A DNA stretch of 64,000 nt, from NCBI RefSeq assembly GCF_006345805.1, contig NC_043010.1, positions 46,128,001 through 46,192,000 on the forward strand, in the 5' to 3' direction. Source of the DNA: Octopus sinensis. Its lineage: Eukaryota. The translations under genes and the position numbers were made by a program. Positions 1-12,055 of the stretch are shown piece by piece. Under the pieces are notes generated by a model. That model made no database searches. It was not told the DNA's origin and saw only the letters and a program-made list of their open reading frames with translations. How positions within the stretch are numbered: position 1 is the first letter of the stretch; each line of letters opens with the position of its first letter.

Positions 1-271
1 AAACTTTCACAATTGATAAACAAAAAATATTGTTGAAACTAGTTTGGTATATATGTAAATAAATGTATTTTAAAGATTTACAAGTTCTTGAGATTTAGGT
101 GCATTTTCAACAACACATTTCCCTATATTTTTTTCTACATGGAAACACCCCACCTCTTTTGTTATATATATATATATAAATATATATACACAATATATAC
201 ATTGGTAAAAACGGTAAGATAACAAAAGAAAGAAAGAGACCTCAATATTATGTAAATAGAGGAAATTTATC

Positions 272-333
272 TGTAAATTAACATGTGACCATTATTCAAT
301 AGCTATTGAATAATGGTCACATATTAATTTACA
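272..333. repeat. Near-perfect palindrome (40-bp perfect core 283-322, extends to 62 bp with one mismatch)
   Basis: atgtgaccattattcaatag|ctattgaataatggtcacat is its own reverse complement; flanks tgtaaattaa / ttaatttaca also pair. Confidence 0.9.
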
Positions 334-369
334 AATACAATATATATATATATGTATACAATATATATG

Positions 370-415
<46 letters not shown>

Positions 416-855
416 ATACACACACACAGACACACAAACACACACAGACACACAAACACACACATGCACACACACATACACACTCACTCACACACATACA
501 CACACATACATACGCATACAAACTCACACACAGATGCAGTATTTAAAGAAGAGAAAATGAAAATGAAGTTTCAATAGTGAACAACGAATACAACAGCAGT
601 TCAAGAAAACACTTTTAATCTGCAGAATCTACTTAATAAAGCAACCTTCTTTCTCAACAGTATATATATATATATATACATTTGTATTCATTCAATATAG
701 TAACGTGTTCTTGGAATGTAGCGGCAAATAGGACAGGACACCAGGATACCCCAGTCTAGCCTCAATTGCTGACGTAAGTATATAGCATAAAATAGAAAAG
801 CTGCATCTGAAGCATATAAATGAAACAAGACACCAAAGAACTGATACTAACACAA

Positions 856-892
<37 letters not shown>

Positions 893-1180
893 CACGCACG
901 CACTCACACACACACACATACTCTAACACACACATATAGTGTGCTTCATTTTAAGAACATTCTGACATGCATGTGTGCATAAGTGTGTGCGTGTATGTGT
1001 GTGTGTGAGTGTGAAAGAGAAGGGGATGGAGAGAGAGAGAATTTAATTTAATTATACATTTAATTGTGCAAACATATCTATGAATATTGCATTCATATGG
1101 ATGTGTGAACTTCAGATTTTGACATTCTCTACAGATACACACACACACACACATACATACATATATATACATATGTATAT

Positions 1181-1225
<45 letters not shown>

Positions 1226-1262
1226 CTTACACACACATATGTATACGTATATATGTGTACTT

Positions 1263-2325
1263 GTATCATCATCATTTAGCATCCATTCTCCATAATGTTG
1301 GCATGGGTTGAACAGTTTGACAGAAGTTGGCCAGCTCAAGAGCTGCCTGCAAAATTTTTTTCCCACGAGAGTTCCGGACCTCAGTTATGAACTCATTTGC
1401 ATACAGCCAGTCAGAGCTCTACTATCAAACTATCTTATGAGTACATAATGGGTGATGAGAAATAAGATAAGGTCACTTGGGTAAGGAATGACCAGGCTTG
1501 TTTTCACTTTTAAGAATGCTTGTTGTTCTTGTTCTTGTTTCAATTATGGCTACCTCTGCATAGTTATTTGTGTCATTGTTTACTTTGTAAAACAGTAAGG
1601 GGAGAGGGTTGCTAGCACATCACCCTCTACCCACATTTTTCCTACCCACGTCTTTACCATAAAAGGCCCTAACAAAATACCATAATAGGTATAGATGTAA
1701 ATCTATCTAATTACTTGTCTCCTTCTAAAATCAGGCATAACTTGGCGATCGGTCGACTTACAACACCCTTCTTCATCTTGATTTACTTGGTAGAGTGTGT
1801 TTGTTAACTTGGCAACAAGGTCGAGGTGAGCTCTGATTAGCTGTATGCAAATGAGTTCATTACTGGGATCTAGAACTCACGTGGGAAAAAATTTTTGTGA
1901 ACTGTCTGTTTTGGCATGATTTTTATGGTTGGAAACCCTTCCTAATGCCATCCAATTTACAGGGAGCACTGGGTGCTTTTACATGGCACAGGTATGGGCA
2001 CTTTTATGTGGAACCAGTACAGGTGCCTTTATGTGGCACCCATACAGGCATTTTTACATGGCACCAACACAGATACTTTTACATGGCTTCAGCACACTGC
2101 AAGACTAAGATCTCTTGGCTAAGAGAGGATGTAGAGGACCATGCCTGTATGCATGGAGAGCCATGATTCTACTTAGCTTGACATGACTTCTCAAGCACAG
2201 CAAACCTCCAGAAGTTTCAGTCCCTTGTCTGATCTTTTCTCACCGCTTCATTCCACCTCTTCCTGTTTCTGCCCCTTCCACATGTTCCCTCTACAATTAG
2301 AGATCAGAAATTTTTGATGCAGCTG
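1263..2325 (-). mobile_element. SINE family C ((GAT)n tail on the minus strand), split by a MITE
   Basis: catcatcattt...ccat..tggcatgggttg start and the ggatgcccttcctaa-type motif shared with about 10 other copies; interrupted at 1351-1895. Confidence 0.75.
1351..1895. mobile_element. MITE with about 70-bp terminal inverted repeats
   Basis: Left arm aaaattttttt-cccacgagagttc...atgaactcatttgcatacagc..cagagctc mirrors right arm gagctctg..gctgtatgcaaatgagttcat...gaactcacgtggg-aaaaaattttt. Confidence 0.85.
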
Positions 2326-2375
<50 letters not shown>

Positions 2376-2912
2376 ACATACCTTTTACTCGCCTCAGTTA
2401 TAGGACTGCAGTCATGCTGAGGCACTGATTTGAAGTGTTTAGTTGTTCACAGCTTGATGACCAGTCTTCATTGTTTACAGTCTATAACTTAGTAGTTTGA
2501 CAAAAAGAGATCAATACAATGATTACTAGACTTAAAAATGAATACTGGAGTTGATTTAATAAGCTAAACCCTTCAAAGCTGTGGCCAAGCATGGCTCCAA
2601 TTCAATCCAACGTCTGAAACTACTAATAGGGAATATATATATATATATAATAATTTGAGGGAATATTATTCCAAACTTACAGGGAAAAATTCAATTTAGA
2701 AATACTAAATCAAATTTCACAAAATATAATATATATATAAATTAGAAAAAAATATATATGTTTTATTTATTATTTTGCACATTACATAATCATCGGTATA
2801 TTATTTTTTCTCTTATATTTAATATTTCTATTATATGTAATTTTCTAGATGGTGCAATTTAATTTTTCATTTTGAATTGATAAAAGGTGGATTTTTTTCT
2901 AATTTATATATA

Positions 2913-3310
2913 TCATCATCATCATCATCATCATCGTTTAACGTCCGCTTTCCATGCTAGCATGGGTTGGACGGTTCAACTGGGGTCTGGGGAGCCCGAA
3001 AGCTGCACCAGTCCAGTCAGATCTGGCAGTGTTTCTACAGCTGGATGCCCTTCCTAACGCCAACCACTCCGAGAGTGTAGTGGGTGATTTTATGTGCCAC
3101 CGACACAGGTGCCAGACGAGGCTGGCAAACGGCCACGCTCGGATGGTGTTTTTTATGTGCCACCGACACAGGTGCCAGACGAGGCTGGCAGACGGCCACG
3201 CTCGGATGGTGTTTTTATGTGCCACCGACACAGGTGCCAGACGAGGCTGGCAGACGGCCACGCTCGGATGGTGTTTTTATGTGCCACCGACACAGGTGCC
3301 AGATGAGGCT
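2913..3310 (-). mobile_element. Young SINE family C copy with an internal 62-63 bp tandem repeat (about 3.5 units)
   Basis: Units start at 3091, 3154, 3216 and 3278 (tatgtgccaccgacacaggtgccagacgaggctggcagacggccacgctcggatggtgttt); (GAT)n tail on the minus strand. Confidence 0.9.
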
Positions 3311-3379
3311 ATATATATAAGATATATATATATATACATGCATACATACATATATGTAATTGTATATATGTATTATCAT

Positions 3380-4240
3380 TATCATCATCATTGTTTAACA
3401 TCCATTTTCCATGCTGGCATGGGTTAGACAGTTCGACTGGAGCTGGTAAGCAGGAGAGCTTCACCAGGATCCAGTCTGTTTTGGTTTGGTTTGGTTTGGT
3501 TTCTAATGCCAACTACAGCGTGTACTTGGTGTTTTCATGTGTTACTGACACACATGCCTTTTACATGTCACCAGTACTGGCCACAACCAGAATTTCACTT
3601 TGTTTGACAAATCTTCTCAAGCACAGCAAATCCCCAGAAGTCTCAGTCACTTGTCATCGTTTATGTGAGACTCAACAACTGAAGATCACATTTCACCACC
3701 TCGTCCCCACTCTCCCTGTATCTACCTGTATGTGTGTGCATGTGTGTGTGTGTGTAGATTAAACACTGGAACTGAGAGCTTGTCGTATGACTTGAGTTTC
3801 ATACTTCTGTGATCTTCAGGAGAAACTGTCAAGACTTAGTATTGGTGGTGTATATATAAATTGATGTTTGACGGTGGTTTGGTACTTGTATTTATTCTTT
3901 GCCTTTTTCTGTGGTTGTGTGTGTTGTTTCTGCGGTGTCATCCTCATCATTATCATCATAGTTTAGTGTCTGCTTTCCATGCTGGCATGGGTTGGACAGT
4001 TCAACTGGGGTCTGGGAAGCCAGAAGGCTGCACCAGGCCCAGTCAGATATGGCAATGTTTCTATGGTTGGATGCCCTTCCTAACGCCAACCACTCCATGA
4101 GTGTAGTGGGTGTATTTTACATGCCAGGCGAGGCTGGCAATGACCACGATCGGATGGTGCTTTTTACATGTCGCAGGCACGGAGGCCAGTCAGGGCGGCG
4201 CTGGTAACGGCCACGTTCGGATGGTTCTCTTATGTGCCTG
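3380..4240 (-). mobile_element. Two further diverged SINE family C copies (about 3380-3730 and 3940-4240)
   Basis: Shared catcat...ccatgctggcatgggtt 3-prime end and downstream motifs. Confidence 0.7.
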
Positions 4241-5300
4241 GAATAGTATGTGGACGGGTGCTATTAATTTGTTTGGTAAATTTGGGTGAGTTGGTAGTAA
4301 CCACTTTTGTTTATCTGATTATTTTTATTTTTGTTTGATTATCTTTTTGTTTTTGTTTACTTTATTATTTTTTCTGCTTTTGTTTATTTATTTAATTTAG
4401 CTGGTGTGTAGAGTTTTTCAGGTGAATGTTTCGAATGAGTTTATTTGAAAAGAGTTTATATGGAAAGGTAAGTATGTGTTTTTTAAGTATTCTATGTATG
4501 TGTTTATGTATGCTGTGTGTGTGTGTGTGCACGTGCACATGTGTGTATGCATGTGTAGTAGATTTTTTTGCATTTATTGGAAACTCTGTCTACAAGTATG
4601 GATCTTGAGTTCCCAAAATTAACATAGGAACTGAGAAGCTTCAGTTGCATTTGTGATGCTAAACAAATGTATCTATTCTGACCAGGACTTGAAACTCTCC
4701 ACCAGACTCTCCACATGTAGGATGTTTGCATCATCATATCCTTGCTATATTCATCTTGATCCATGAGTATAGCATGATCATCATGAACCCATGATGGGAC
4801 CCATATTTATTGCACATCAAAATACTTCAGAGATTTCCCTAGAAATGTGTATCTCCAAACAATAAGACTGTCCCTTTCCTTGATGACATGTCAGTTTTGG
4901 AGGATTTTTTAATGTTGAAATTATCTCCCCTTTTCAAGTTGAGTTTGTTAATAATAATTGCTATTTTGGTAATGATGATACATCCTCCAGAGGCAGAGAT
5001 AATTTAAATAAATCAAGATTTTTGTTGTAATGTATTTATCTATATTAATACACATGTGTTGGATATCTTTTACAAATGACATGGAAATGCTAGAAAGGGT
5101 AGGCTGACTCAGTATGGAAAATTACCTCATTAACTATGACATGCAATGGCTTAGTCATGATATCTGTCTTCATGATATCAGATTTCCAAAGTGTGGTGGT
5201 GATCGTGATAACTTTCATCTGCTTCCAAGTAAGTAAATATTTCCCCATAATCAGACTTGTTCTCACAGAAATGAACAAAGGACACTACTTGCATGACAGT

Positions 5301-5365
5301 AACACACACACACACACATGCACACACACACACACACACACACACAGATAGACAGATAGATAGAC

Positions 5366-5404
<39 letters not shown>

Positions 5405-5435
5405 CAGAAAGATAGACAGACAGACAGACACACAA

Positions 5436-5491
<56 letters not shown>

Positions 5492-5546
5492 ACAGACAGA
5501 CAGATAGATAAACAGACAGACAGACAGGCAGGCAGACAGACAGATC

Positions 5547-5610
<64 letters not shown>

Positions 5611-5611
5611 C

Positions 5612-5702
<91 letters not shown>
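5301..5702. repeat. Compound (CA)n-(GATA)n/(GACA)n microsatellite
   Basis: Direct reading; explains the LSIY-type ORFs on the minus strand. Confidence 0.97.
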
Positions 5703-5704
5703 CA

Positions 5705-5890
5705 ACAAGCTTCTTTCAGTTTCTGTCTACCAAATCCACTTACATCACTAGGTTTTGATTGTCATAGGGCTCCAGCAATAGACACTTACCTAAGGTACTT
5801 CACAGTGGGACTGAACCCAGAACCATGTGGCTAGGAAGTAAACTTCTTACCTCACACCATGCATGCACCTACACAGCCACACCTGTACCT
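5705..5890 (-). mobile_element. SINE family A 5-prime part (tRNA-like head)
   Basis: Reverse complement of gtggctgtgt...ggttcagtcccactg...ggcaagtgtc...tggatttggtagac.gaaactgaaagaagc. Confidence 0.8.
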
Positions 5891-5977
5891 ATTTAGCTAT
5901 GCTTTCATCTGATTACTGAATAGAAAATTAATTCTGTCTGAGTGTCTCCAGTGCAAATAAAGAAGAGATGCCATGAC

Positions 5978-6191
5978 TTCAGATTACTCTGTCAAATATA
6001 ATGCTTATTTATTCACATTGTCTTGAATTAACCATGCTTAATTTTGCAGCTTTGAGATTTCAATGATATGATTCTTTAGTTTAAAAATGACCTTGTAGAG
6101 TAAACTAGAGAAGCTGGATTTAGGTGGTTTGAATATAAAACAGATAGAATATTTTGGCTGGATATGGCTGGTATGAATGTTAAAGGGTTAA
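5978..6191. mobile_element. piggyBac-type MITE family P1 (5-prime truncated)
   Basis: Ends aaaggg-TTAA; body cagattactctgtcaaat...agctttgagatttc shared with copies at 10790, 37375, 40828, 42368 and 62668. Confidence 0.8.
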
Positions 6192-6406
6192 GTTCTTGAA
6201 CTGATCACTGAGAATATTTTGCATTGAACAGAAGGACTGCAGTTCAAATTGCTCATTAAACTGTGAAATGCCCCCAAACCAGAGGATATTGAAACACTGC
6301 ATGATAGAAGGTAATCTCAACTATATAGTCTGTAGTCACATTATGTTTACAAAAGTCAAACTTGTCATATATGAAAGGTTACACATCAGGAGATAACACA
6401 GGTGCT

Positions 6407-6440
<34 letters not shown>

Positions 6441-6469
6441 ATATATACACATACAGACAGACAGGGTCA

Positions 6470-6654
6470 GTCGCCATGATAGATTGTTAGCCACGACACA
6501 TTTTTTTTTCTCTCTTGTTTTTTCTGTGTCCCTTTCTGTAGAAGAGCGTAGGCTCGAAACGTAAAAGACTTTTTCTATTCCTGAGCGTTATACTAATACA
6601 TCTCTTTGTTTTGTACACCACCTGTCTTCGTCTTTTGTTTTTTTCGTAAACTCT

Positions 6655-6660
<6 letters not shown>
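6470..6660 (+). mobile_element. Penelope-like element terminal (pLTR-type) fragment carrying a hammerhead motif
   Basis: Near-identical to 57055-57215; contains ctttCTGTAGAagagcgtaggctcGAAAcGTAaaag; ends at a (TA)n tract. Confidence 0.65.
6532..6567 (+). ncRNA. Minimal type I hammerhead ribozyme motif, A6U core variant with extra A after A9
   Basis: Stem I cttt/aaag; core CTGTAGA; stem II GAGC-gtag-GCTC; GAAA; palindromic ACGT in stem III; GTA cleavage triplet. Confidence 0.6.
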
Positions 6661-6694
<34 letters not shown>

Positions 6695-6697
<3 letters not shown>

Positions 6698-6900
6698 TTA
6701 ATCCAAACATGAAAACACAAAGAGAAAAAACAACAACACGAGGATGTGGAACAAATATAGTATTATTGGATGCTCAGGAAGGAATGGAAGAAGGAGGGTT
6801 TTACGTTTCGAGCGGAGCTCTTCATCAGGAACATAGGAAAAGGAAAGATCCAGAGAAGGGAAGACGGGGGAAAAAAAATCGCCAACAGTACACACGAGGT
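6695..6900 (-). mobile_element. Second Penelope-like terminal fragment, inverted relative to 6470-6660
   Basis: Homologous to 33372-33510 (cccttctctggatc...cctgagc.tccaataatact...catgtttggattaac); abuts (TA)n. Confidence 0.65.
6798..6832 (-). ncRNA. Minimal type I hammerhead ribozyme motif, canonical CUGAUGA core plus extra A
   Basis: Minus strand gttcCTGATGAaGAGCtccGCTCGAAAcGTAaaac; stem I has one mismatch here but is perfect (gttt/aaac) in the 33404 copy. Confidence 0.7.
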
Positions 6901-7309
6901 CACATTATATATATATACACACATACACAAACACATCCAATGTCATCAGTGGAGTTAGTGTCAAAAGTTGTGCCATCTGCTGCTGGACAGAAATTCCATT
7001 TTGGAGAGATGTAGGAGGGTGTAGCTGGTGTTGGTGGGATTGTTGACCAAATTCTGAGCAACATTTATCACAAAAAATTTTAAAACAAAATCAAAATAGG
7101 CTAAGTAGTCACCCAAGACTCTGCGGTAGAAAAGCTCTCAAACTCCTTATTTCAGGAACTCCTTTGTTTACATAGAGTTTATAAAGACATGATGCACTAC
7201 AAATATTTGTACAGCATCCTACCTGCAAGGTACCAGTGCATGATGAGTAGAAATCATCACCATGAATAAAGAGACTTGTAATTTCCATTTCCTTTCCTTT
7301 ATGTCTTTA

Positions 7310-8025
<716 letters not shown>

Positions 8026-8909
8026 TAAGGAGAGACACAAATAAGAAAGAAGAAAACAAAAGACCATGATGCGGTCACAGGAGTGTGACGAAAGAACTCT
8101 GGCCGAATAAGATTAAGATTAATATAAAAAATAAATAACACTGAAGCAAAATAAACCAAATATATAGTGCATGTTTTTTATTGGCTTAAACTGGCAAAAT
8201 GACCATTCCGAAATATAACAATATCTGTTTCAACACATGACTTCACATAAAAAATCTTGCACAACAAATATTTAAATATATATATATATATTTTTATATT
8301 ACGTTATTAAAAAGCAGAAAAAATATGTGATTTACTTTTGCTACTTTACTCTACCTCTGGTATTCAAGTACTATTTTTAACACCTTGTTTCACATTTATG
8401 TGCTTACTCTGGTATATATATATATATATATATATCTGCTTGTGCGTGTATATATATATATATATGTATATATATGTATCTATGTATGTTTGTAAGTATG
8501 TAGCATGCATGTATGTATGTTTGTAAGCATATAGCATGCATGTATGCATGTATGTATGTATGTATGTATGTATGTATGTATGTATGTATGTATGTAGTAT
8601 GTATGTATGTATGTATGTATGCATGTGTGTATGTATCATGCATGTATGTATGTATATATGTATGTATATTTCTGTGGTGCAATATAAAGGGCATGACATA
8701 TAACCAATCTTTAAAACTTCATGTGGTACTTTATGATTCAAAAGTTTTGTCTGTGAAGAAAAATTTAGATAATTTTGGGGATATTTTGTTGTTCTTCCTC
8801 ATGGTTGTTTTTGATATCAATGAGTATGTAATGATCATGCCTCCACTGATGTTTTACAGTAATACAAACATGTGAGTGTGTGTATGTACATATGTATATG
8901 TTATATGTA

Positions 8910-8953
<44 letters not shown>

Positions 8954-9479
8954 ATATTATATATATATATATATTATATATATATATATACATACATATA
9001 TACATATATATTTATATGTATATATATGTATATATATATTTGTATATGTAAGAGGGGTACATAAAATATATCTATGTATGTGTGCAAGTGTACAGAAATG
9101 TGTATGTGAATGTATGTATGTGTGTATGTATACATACATATATACACACATATATACATACACACAAACACATTTTTTAAATATATAATTATATGTAATT
9201 TTATGTGCCTCTGTGTGTGTGTGTGTGTGTGTGTGTGTACAACTATGAATGAATCACTTGGAGGTCTTGGAATGCTTGAGTTTTTGTTGCGTTGTGGAAT
9301 GTGGAGTGACATTCCTAAAAGAGATGTCTACAGTCACCTTCCTAGCTGTAAAACATATGTGCTTCCAGGGATAAGTAACATAAAACTGGTTAAGCTCCAA
9401 CCAGATGGCTAACTTGTTTGGAATGGGGTCTGGCAAGAAGGCGTTGTGTAGTTTGTGTGATTGTGTATTGGGTAGTTGT

Positions 9480-10090
9480 GATGAGACAGTGGTCAGATGA
9501 TTTTGATAGATAAATAAACAGATATAGTTTGAGGATTAAGTATGGGAGTGAGAAAGAGATGAAGAGACTTTGAGGTATTTGTGTTTTGGTCTGGAATGCA
9601 AGTTGGGGATAAAACAAGTTGGTGTCATTGGCTTTATTACGCATATGAGAATTTAGCTTCTTCTTTACTGAATGATGATGCTGTTGATGACTCTGTTGAC
9701 CAATTTTTGCATAGAAGAGTCGATAGCATTGACTGCATGGTATTTTGATGAGGCTGATTTTGCTGAGCCTTCTTCTCCTTCCTTTTCTCTTCTGGTGGTT
9801 TTAAAGTTTTTGGTACAGTCTACACGAGACTGTACCAAGTGGTGCAGTCTAAGGCTTGTATTTCAAATAATTTAGGCTCAATTCTCACGGCTTTCAGTGT
9901 TGTTTTGAGTTGGTCCTTATATCTTCGAAGAGAGTAATCCTGTGGTCTTTTCCCAGAAGTGAGTTCACTGAATAAGACTTGGCTGGATAACCTTGACTCT
10001 TCCATTCTTGCTACATGTCATGACCATCAAAGACAGTATTTCATGATCAGCAATTCGAAACTTTGACTGTTGGCTCTTTCCAATCTATTC
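9480..10090 (-). mobile_element. RTE-clade (BovB-like) LINE 3-prime fragment, decayed
   Basis: RLERANSQSFELLIMKYCL*WS*HVARMEESRLSSQVLFSELTSGKRPQ...RYKDQLKTTLK matches the RTE C-terminal LRWAGHVARM..RLPKQLLYGEL..GKR..G..KRYKD pattern. Confidence 0.85.
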
Positions 10091-10556
10091 CTGAAAAAAA
10101 AAAGGATACATAAAATATTAAGGAAAAAGATAGTAGAGGTAGTAGTGAAATATATGTTCATAGCTCTACGCTCCCTCACCAAGGTTATACTTTAAGAACC
10201 TATATCTAATGTGTGAATCTTCAGTTCACTTCACCCACCTGTATGGGAAGCACCTCAAATAAGGCTGTATAGAATTGTTTACTTTTAGATTGGAATGTGA
10301 CTGCTGCAATGGATTTAATGTAAATCAACTAAATGCACAAAGCAACTACATCAAAGGACACTAAAACACTTATCCAGCAGAAACATGTATCAGAATGTAA
10401 CATGGTGAAAATGCTTTAATAAATAAATTTTGAAGAGGTACTATTCCACATTCTTCATTTTGATATTTTGATTATATACTCTGTATTCTACAAAAAATGC
10501 ATTAAAACAAATTCTGGATTTACTCATCAAAAGGATTACAGTTTAACCCTTTTACA

Positions 10557-10997
10557 TTTAACCCTTTTGATACCAACCCGGCCAAAACCAGCTCTGGCTC
10601 TGTAGTGCAAATGTCTTGTTTTCATAAGTATTGAATTAAAATCTTCCACCAAACCTTAGTCATAATTTATGTTCCCAACACTAGCTTAATGATAACTAAG
10701 TTATTTTACTAAATTCTTTGTTATATTTAAAATTAATTGAATGAAACACAGAACATCTCAAAATAAATATGGTAACGAAAGGGATAAATTATTCTGTAAA
10801 TGTGATGCTTATTTATTTTCTTACTGTTTCAAATTAATCATGCATGACCTTGTAGCTTTGAGATTTCAATTAAGTGACTGTACATCTTTTAGACTAACAT
10901 ATTGGTGTAGGTGTGAGAAGCCAGATCTGGCCAGTTTGAACATAGGATATGAAGAATATTTGAGCTGGACATGACCAGTTGAAATGTTAAAGGGTTA
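10557..10997. mobile_element. Nested piggyBac-type MITEs (P2 about 10562-10787 inside P1)
   Basis: Two TTAA-CCCTTT starts (10545 and 10559), internal aaaggg.taa end, outer end aaaggg-TTAA. Confidence 0.75.
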
Positions 10998-11309
10998 ATT
11001 GATTATCTTAAATGATTCTAAATATTTCCTATCTTTTGATGTGGTTTGCCAAGTCTAGATTTTATCTGAGTGCTAATCCCTATTCCTTTATGTTATCAAT
11101 AAATATGTGTGGATCTCTCTCTCTCTCTCTCCCTCTGCACACTTCACATCATCTGTGCTGCCATCTGTCACCTGACTGGCCTGATCCTTCTTCCTCCAGC
11201 TTCCCTGCCAACTGATATTCACAACTGACCAGACTGTAATCCCTGTTCCTCACTCACTGCATTCCCTCCACTTTCTATCCATCTGTCACTGTCATGAATT
11301 TACATACCC

Positions 11310-12055
11310 ACTCAGCATCATCATCCTCATTTAATGTCCCTTGTCCATGCTGGCATGAGTTGGATGGTTTGATCAGAGCTGGCAAGCTGGGGAACTACAC
11401 CAGACCCCAGCCTGATTTGGCATAGTTTTTATGGCTGGATGCCCTTTCTAACAACCAACCACTTTGCAGAGTGTACTGGGTGCTTCTATGCGACATTGCA
11501 CTGGTACTTTTACACAGCATTGAACGAGTGCTTTTGCATGGTGCTGCATGGACACTTTTATATGATGCCACATGGACGTTTTTATGTGGCACCACTACAA
11601 ATGCTTTACACCACCAGAGGGACCGGTTTTAACACTTCTGCTGCAGAGAACAAGTCATCCTATACAATCCTTTGTATCATTTCTCATTACTTTCCTATAA
11701 CTGACAAGTTTTCCAACAGGGGTAACCACGTTTCTCTCCAACATCAAAACATCTGTACATGTCTCTCTGTCATACTTAAACTTCCCATCACTTGGCATGA
11801 AGACAACTCGCTCGATGCAACAGTCCCTCAGCTGAGAGGTCATCTGTAATTTACTTGGTGATTTCACTGGTGCCAGTACCGTGTAAATAACATCCAGTAC
11901 ACCCTGTAAAGTGGTTGACATTAGGAAAGGTATCCAGCCATAGAAACTGTGCCAAAGCAGAGAATAGAGCTTGATGTAGTCTTCTGGCTCACTGGCTCCT
12001 CTATAAACTGTCCAAACGAAGCTTTCATGGAAAATATACATTAAATGATGATGAT
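11310..12055. mobile_element. Two SINE family C copies in inverted orientation (about 11310-11610 and 11850-12055)
   Basis: (CAT)n end on the left copy, (GAT)n end on the right copy, shared ggatgccctt/aaggg.atcc motif. Confidence 0.7.

Noticed and set aside
701-773. Plus-strand coding exon ending GAC|gtaagt
   Set aside because: Stops in all three frames from the best acceptor; the shorter open version lacks a pyrimidine tract
3091-3310. CRISPR-like array
   Set aside because: Units are contiguous 62-bp repeats with no unique spacers, inside a SINE, with no cas genes
8058-8105. Hammerhead motif (ccATGATGCggtcacaggagtgtgacGAAAgaaCTCtgg)
   Set aside because: A stem II-like hairpin, GAAA and CUC are present, but the core deviates at positions 3 and 9; too degenerate to call
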